From an uncultured Chloroflexia bacterium (lineage in GTDB: Bacteria > Chloroflexota > Limnocylindria > Limnocylindrales > CSP1-4), in NCBI GenBank assembly GCA_963746845.1, contig CAVVCZ010000009.1, forward strand, positions 1-64,000: 64,000 nt of DNA. The letters run 5' to 3'. The position numbers and the translations under genes are program-made. Below the pieces are notes generated by a model. That model worked only from the letters and a program-made list of their open reading frames with translations, searched no databases and was not told the origin of the DNA. This document shows positions 61,071 through 64,000 of this stretch, piece after piece (positions within the stretch are counted from its first letter, which is position 1; each line of letters opens with the position of its first letter).

Positions 61071-61514
61071 ATGCGCGGTTGGATCATCCGGATCGGGATC
61101 ATCGTCGCGATCGCCGGGGGAGCGTTCGTCCTGCGCGATCGACTGACGAGCAACGCGGGCGAGCTGCAGGTCGGTGACTGCTTCGACGATCCGGCCCAGG
61201 CGTCGGAGATCACGGACGTCCAGCACCATCCGTGCACCGAGGCGCACAACGCCGAGGTCGTCTTCCTCGGCAAGCTGACCGGCGACGACGCGACCTATCC
61301 GACCGACAGCGTCATCGAGTCGTGGGCCCGCACGAACTGCCTCCCGGCGTGGGAGTCGTACACGGGCAAGACCTTCGAGACGGAGCCGATCCTGACGCTC
61401 AGCTTCTACCAGCCGACGCCGGCCGGGTGGAAGAAGGGCGATCGCGACGTGATCTGCTATGCGACCCGCGAGGACAGCGCCCCGCTGACGAGCACCGTCA
61501 AGAAGGCGCCGTAG
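61071..61514 (+). CDS. Septum-formation-family domain protein (membrane-anchored)
   Basis: N-terminal TM, LQVGDCFD..PCTEAHNAEV..C..PT..W..GDRDVIC. Confidence 0.8.
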   Translation: MRGWIIRIGIIVAIAGGAFVLRDRLTSNAGELQVGDCFDDPAQASEITDVQHHPCTEAHNAEVVFLGKLTGDDATYPTDSVIESWARTNCLPAWESYTGKTFETEPILTLSFYQPTPAGWKKGDRDVICYATREDSAPLTSTVKKAP

Positions 61515-62808
61515 ACGGGCCCGGGGCCGCCGGCTCCAGACCGGCTGCGATCGTCGCTGGGCTGAGCTGCTCACGGAGTAACCGGCCGAACCGGGCCGGC
61601 CGCCGGTCTTCCGGCACCGCCGCCAGCCAATCGCCAAGCAACGCCTCGCCCTCGTGGTACACGAACACGTATGTCCGCCACATCGGATGCTCGATGAACT
61701 CGAGGCGCTTGGCCGCGACGTCGGGCGCGTATCGCCCGACTCGCTCGAGCCAGGCGAGGACCGCCTCGTGGGACCAGCCGTCGGCATGACGAAGCAAGGC
61801 CGCATTGACGCGTGACTCCGTGAGGCGGCGGCGGTGCGGGGCCAGCGCGACCGTTCGCTCGGCGGCCTCGCGGACGGCGATCGGGTCGGACGCGATCGGC
61901 AGGCCGGCCCGGGCGTAGATCTCGACAAGCAGGTCCGGCTCGGTCGCGGCGGGCGAGATCACGAGATGGCCGAGATCGGCCAGTCCCTCGCTGACCAGGC
62001 ACTCGGGGGTGTTGATCAGCAGGACGCTCGCCTCGAGCCGCTGCCGCCGCTCGACGAGCTCGATCTCCTTCCACGCATGCTCGAGATGGTGGCCCGGGTA
62101 CGCCTCGTGGGCGACGAGGTGGATCAGATCCGCGGCCTTCGGCGGCAGGTCCGTGTTCAGATCGAACCGCGAGCGGCGGCCGCCGTCGTACCAGTTGTAG
62201 GCGGTCCACGGCTGATCCCGGACGTACCGGATCCGGATCGCCTCGTCGGCGGGGACGCCGACGAGCGTCGCGGCGCGAGACCGGAGCTCGTCGACAAGCC
62301 AGTCGAGCACCGACGGCAGCCGGTCCTGGGCCACCACGAACCGGTCATCCCATGCGGCAAGGCGCTCCGCGACGGGCTCCGGACCCGGCAGCAACCGATC
62401 GATCTCCGCAGCGGCCGCATCGAACAGCGCCTCGTCGCGTCGGACCGGCACCCAGTCGAAGCAGCGCGTCGCCAGCTCGAGATACGGGATCGAGGTGCCC
62501 GTGAGGACCTCGGCCTGCGTCTGGAGCGCCGTCGCCTGGACCGCCAGCCACGATCGACGAGCCGGCTCGGCGACCTCGTCCGGGATCCGCTCGAGGAGCG
62601 TCGTCGCGTCGTCGACGAGGTCGGCCGGCGAGCGGAGCTGCTCGATGTCGACCGTCGCCTTCAGGTCGGCCGGACCGTAGTAGCCGTCGACGACGCCCGG
62701 CGCATGCTGATCGAGACGGAGCGCGAGGAGGAGATAGTCGCGCGCGATGGGGTCCGGGACCGGGACACGCCGCTGACCCCCGACGGCGAGCGTCGTCTCG
62801 TCCGTCAC
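61498..62808 (-). CDS. DUF885-like putative metallopeptidase
   Basis: VDGYYGP, WTAYNWY, AHEAYPGHH, SEGLAD, YVFVY. GTG 62808 overlaps the upstream stop. Confidence 0.7.
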   Translation of the reverse strand: MTDETTLAVGGQRRVPVPDPIARDYLLLALRLDQHAPGVVDGYYGPADLKATVDIEQLRSPADLVDDATTLLERIPDEVAEPARRSWLAVQATALQTQAEVLTGTSIPYLELATRCFDWVPVRRDEALFDAAAAEIDRLLPGPEPVAERLAAWDDRFVVAQDRLPSVLDWLVDELRSRAATLVGVPADEAIRIRYVRDQPWTAYNWYDGGRRSRFDLNTDLPPKAADLIHLVAHEAYPGHHLEHAWKEIELVERRQRLEASVLLINTPECLVSEGLADLGHLVISPAATEPDLLVEIYARAGLPIASDPIAVREAAERTVALAPHRRRLTESRVNAALLRHADGWSHEAVLAWLERVGRYAPDVAAKRLEFIEHPMWRTYVFVYHEGEALLGDWLAAVPEDRRPARFGRLLREQLSPATIAAGLEPAAPGPSTAPS

Positions 62809-63182
62809 GCGCGTGGATCGCCCGGCACCGAGCCCATCCCCTGGCCCGGCGCCATCCCCCGCTCCTCTCCGACGAACGGCATCCCCTGCCGCTCGACCGC
62901 GTCGAGGCTCATCCGCAGCGCGGAGGTCTTCGCCTCGGCCACCTCGCGGACGTAAGCCGCCTCTTCGTCCGGCGTCATCGGCCGGCCGCGGACGATGTCC
63001 TTCGGCTTGCCGACCATCAGCCAGGCCAGGTGGTAGCGATCCATCGAGCCCCACGCCGCCGAGAGCAGGTCGTCGGACAGCTGCAGCCAGGTCTGGAGGC
63101 CCCGAAGCGTCGGTTGTGCCTGAAGCCGGTCGCCCTCCTCGACGAGCTGGCGGGTCCGTGCGATCAGCTCGTCGCGGGTCAC
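62805..63182 (-). CDS. Hypothetical protein
   Basis: GTGA-coupled on both sides. Motif WLQLSDDLLSAAWGSMDRYHLAWLMVG. Confidence 0.7.
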   Translation of the reverse strand: MTRDELIARTRQLVEEGDRLQAQPTLRGLQTWLQLSDDLLSAAWGSMDRYHLAWLMVGKPKDIVRGRPMTPDEEAAYVREVAEAKTSALRMSLDAVERQGMPFVGEERGMAPGQGMGSVPGDPRA

Positions 63183-64000
63183 GACGCGGCCTCCTCGCCG
63201 CGGATGAACGCCTCCCGATCCGCCCTCGCCCGGAGCGTCCACGGACCGGGCCGGCCCGCACCGATCGGCTCGCCCGCGAACCGGGTCACGGGCAGCACCC
63301 CGGCGACCGAGCTCGAGAGGAACGCCTCATCCGCCTCGGCGAGGTCGCGGACCGTGAGCCACGCCTCCTCGGGACGAAGGCCGGCGGTCGCGGCCCAGCG
63401 GAGGATCCAGTCGCGGGTCGTCCCGGGCAGGATCGCGCACGCCGGCGACGGCGTCGCGAGGACGTCGCCATGAACCAGGAAGAGGTTGGCGGACGTCGCC
63501 TCCGACAGGTAGCCGTCGATCGTGAGGAACAGGGCGTCGTCGGCGCCGGCGGTGCGCGCCTCGATCCTCGCGTGGACGTAGTCCGCACGGGACGTCGTCT
63601 TCAACGCGTTCAGCGGGCTCTCCGGGTCGCGCCGGACCGCGCTGGCGACGAGGTGGAGACCGATCTCGAGATGGGTCGTCGGCGTCGGTGGCACCGGCCA
63701 CGCCTGGACGACGATCGTCGGGGTCGGGTGCTCGTCCGGCGGGAGCAGCCCCCGGCCGAAGAAGGCCCCCCGCGAGACCGTGATCCGGACGCTGGCGTCG
63801 CCGTCGGGCCCGCCGAGGCCCTCGACGAGGATCAGCTCGTCGATCGCCCGGGCAAGGGTCGCCTCGAGGTCGTCGGGGAGCGGGATCGCGAGCCCGGCCG
63901 CGGATCGCCGCAGCCGCGCCGCGTGCTCATCCAGCTCGGTCGGGCGGGCACCGCGCGCGCGGAGCGTCTCGAACACCCCGTCGCCGAGCTGGAAACCGCG
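63179..64000 (-). CDS. Class IV aminotransferase (branched-chain/ADC lyase family), 5'-truncated by window edge
   Basis: RGFQLGDGVFETLR, H..RL..SA, LKTTS (PLP Lys), EATSANLF, ILPGTTR, ADEAFLSSS. Confidence 0.9.
   Translation of the reverse strand, partial: RGFQLGDGVFETLRARGARPTELDEHAARLRRSAAGLAIPLPDDLEATLARAIDELILVEGLGGPDGDASVRITVSRGAFFGRGLLPPDEHPTPTIVVQAWPVPPTPTTHLEIGLHLVASAVRRDPESPLNALKTTSRADYVHARIEARTAGADDALFLTIDGYLSEATSANLFLVHGDVLATPSPACAILPGTTRDWILRWAATAGLRPEEAWLTVRDLAEADEAFLSSSVAGVLPVTRFAGEPIGAGRPGPWTLRARADREAFIRGEEAAS

Overview
High-GC (roughly 70% by eye) bacterial chromosomal window with no rRNA, tRNA, CRISPR array, integrase or transposase. Protein style suggests a heterotrophic Chloroflexota lineage such as Limnocylindria/Ellin6529, but this is inference. 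About a dozen single-base indels break conserved genes and look like long-read assembly errors. From left to right: a PotABCD/AfuABC-type ABC transporter plus FAD oxidoreductase; a minimal Rrf2-sufC-sufS operon with an IscR-type operator; tldD/tldE and small hydrolases; and a 1165-aa vWA/Ig-repeat surface protein with a PPTDT sorting-like tail. Next is a ~30 kb choline/glycine-betaine methyl-group cluster: metH and yitJ under a SAM-I riboswitch, a seven-gene corrinoid methyltransferase operon beside an IclR gene, betA, a dimethylglycine dehydrogenase-like gene with etfBA, and proVWX. The window ends with an HTH-GAF-GGDEF-GAF-GGDEF-EAL protein and a tail of small genes. The most unusual signals are: (1) two ~245-bp non-coding elements, each made of four 27-bp motifs at exact 50-bp spacing (two forward, two reverse), bracketing a USP/multicopper-oxidase/kinase module that interrupts the betaine cluster; (2) the cobalamin-dependent betaine demethylation supercluster with two uncharacterised accessory proteins; (3) a c-di-GMP enzyme with an N-terminal DNA-binding-type HTH and two intact GGDEF domains; (4) a Cys-less phycobiliprotein-like globin.
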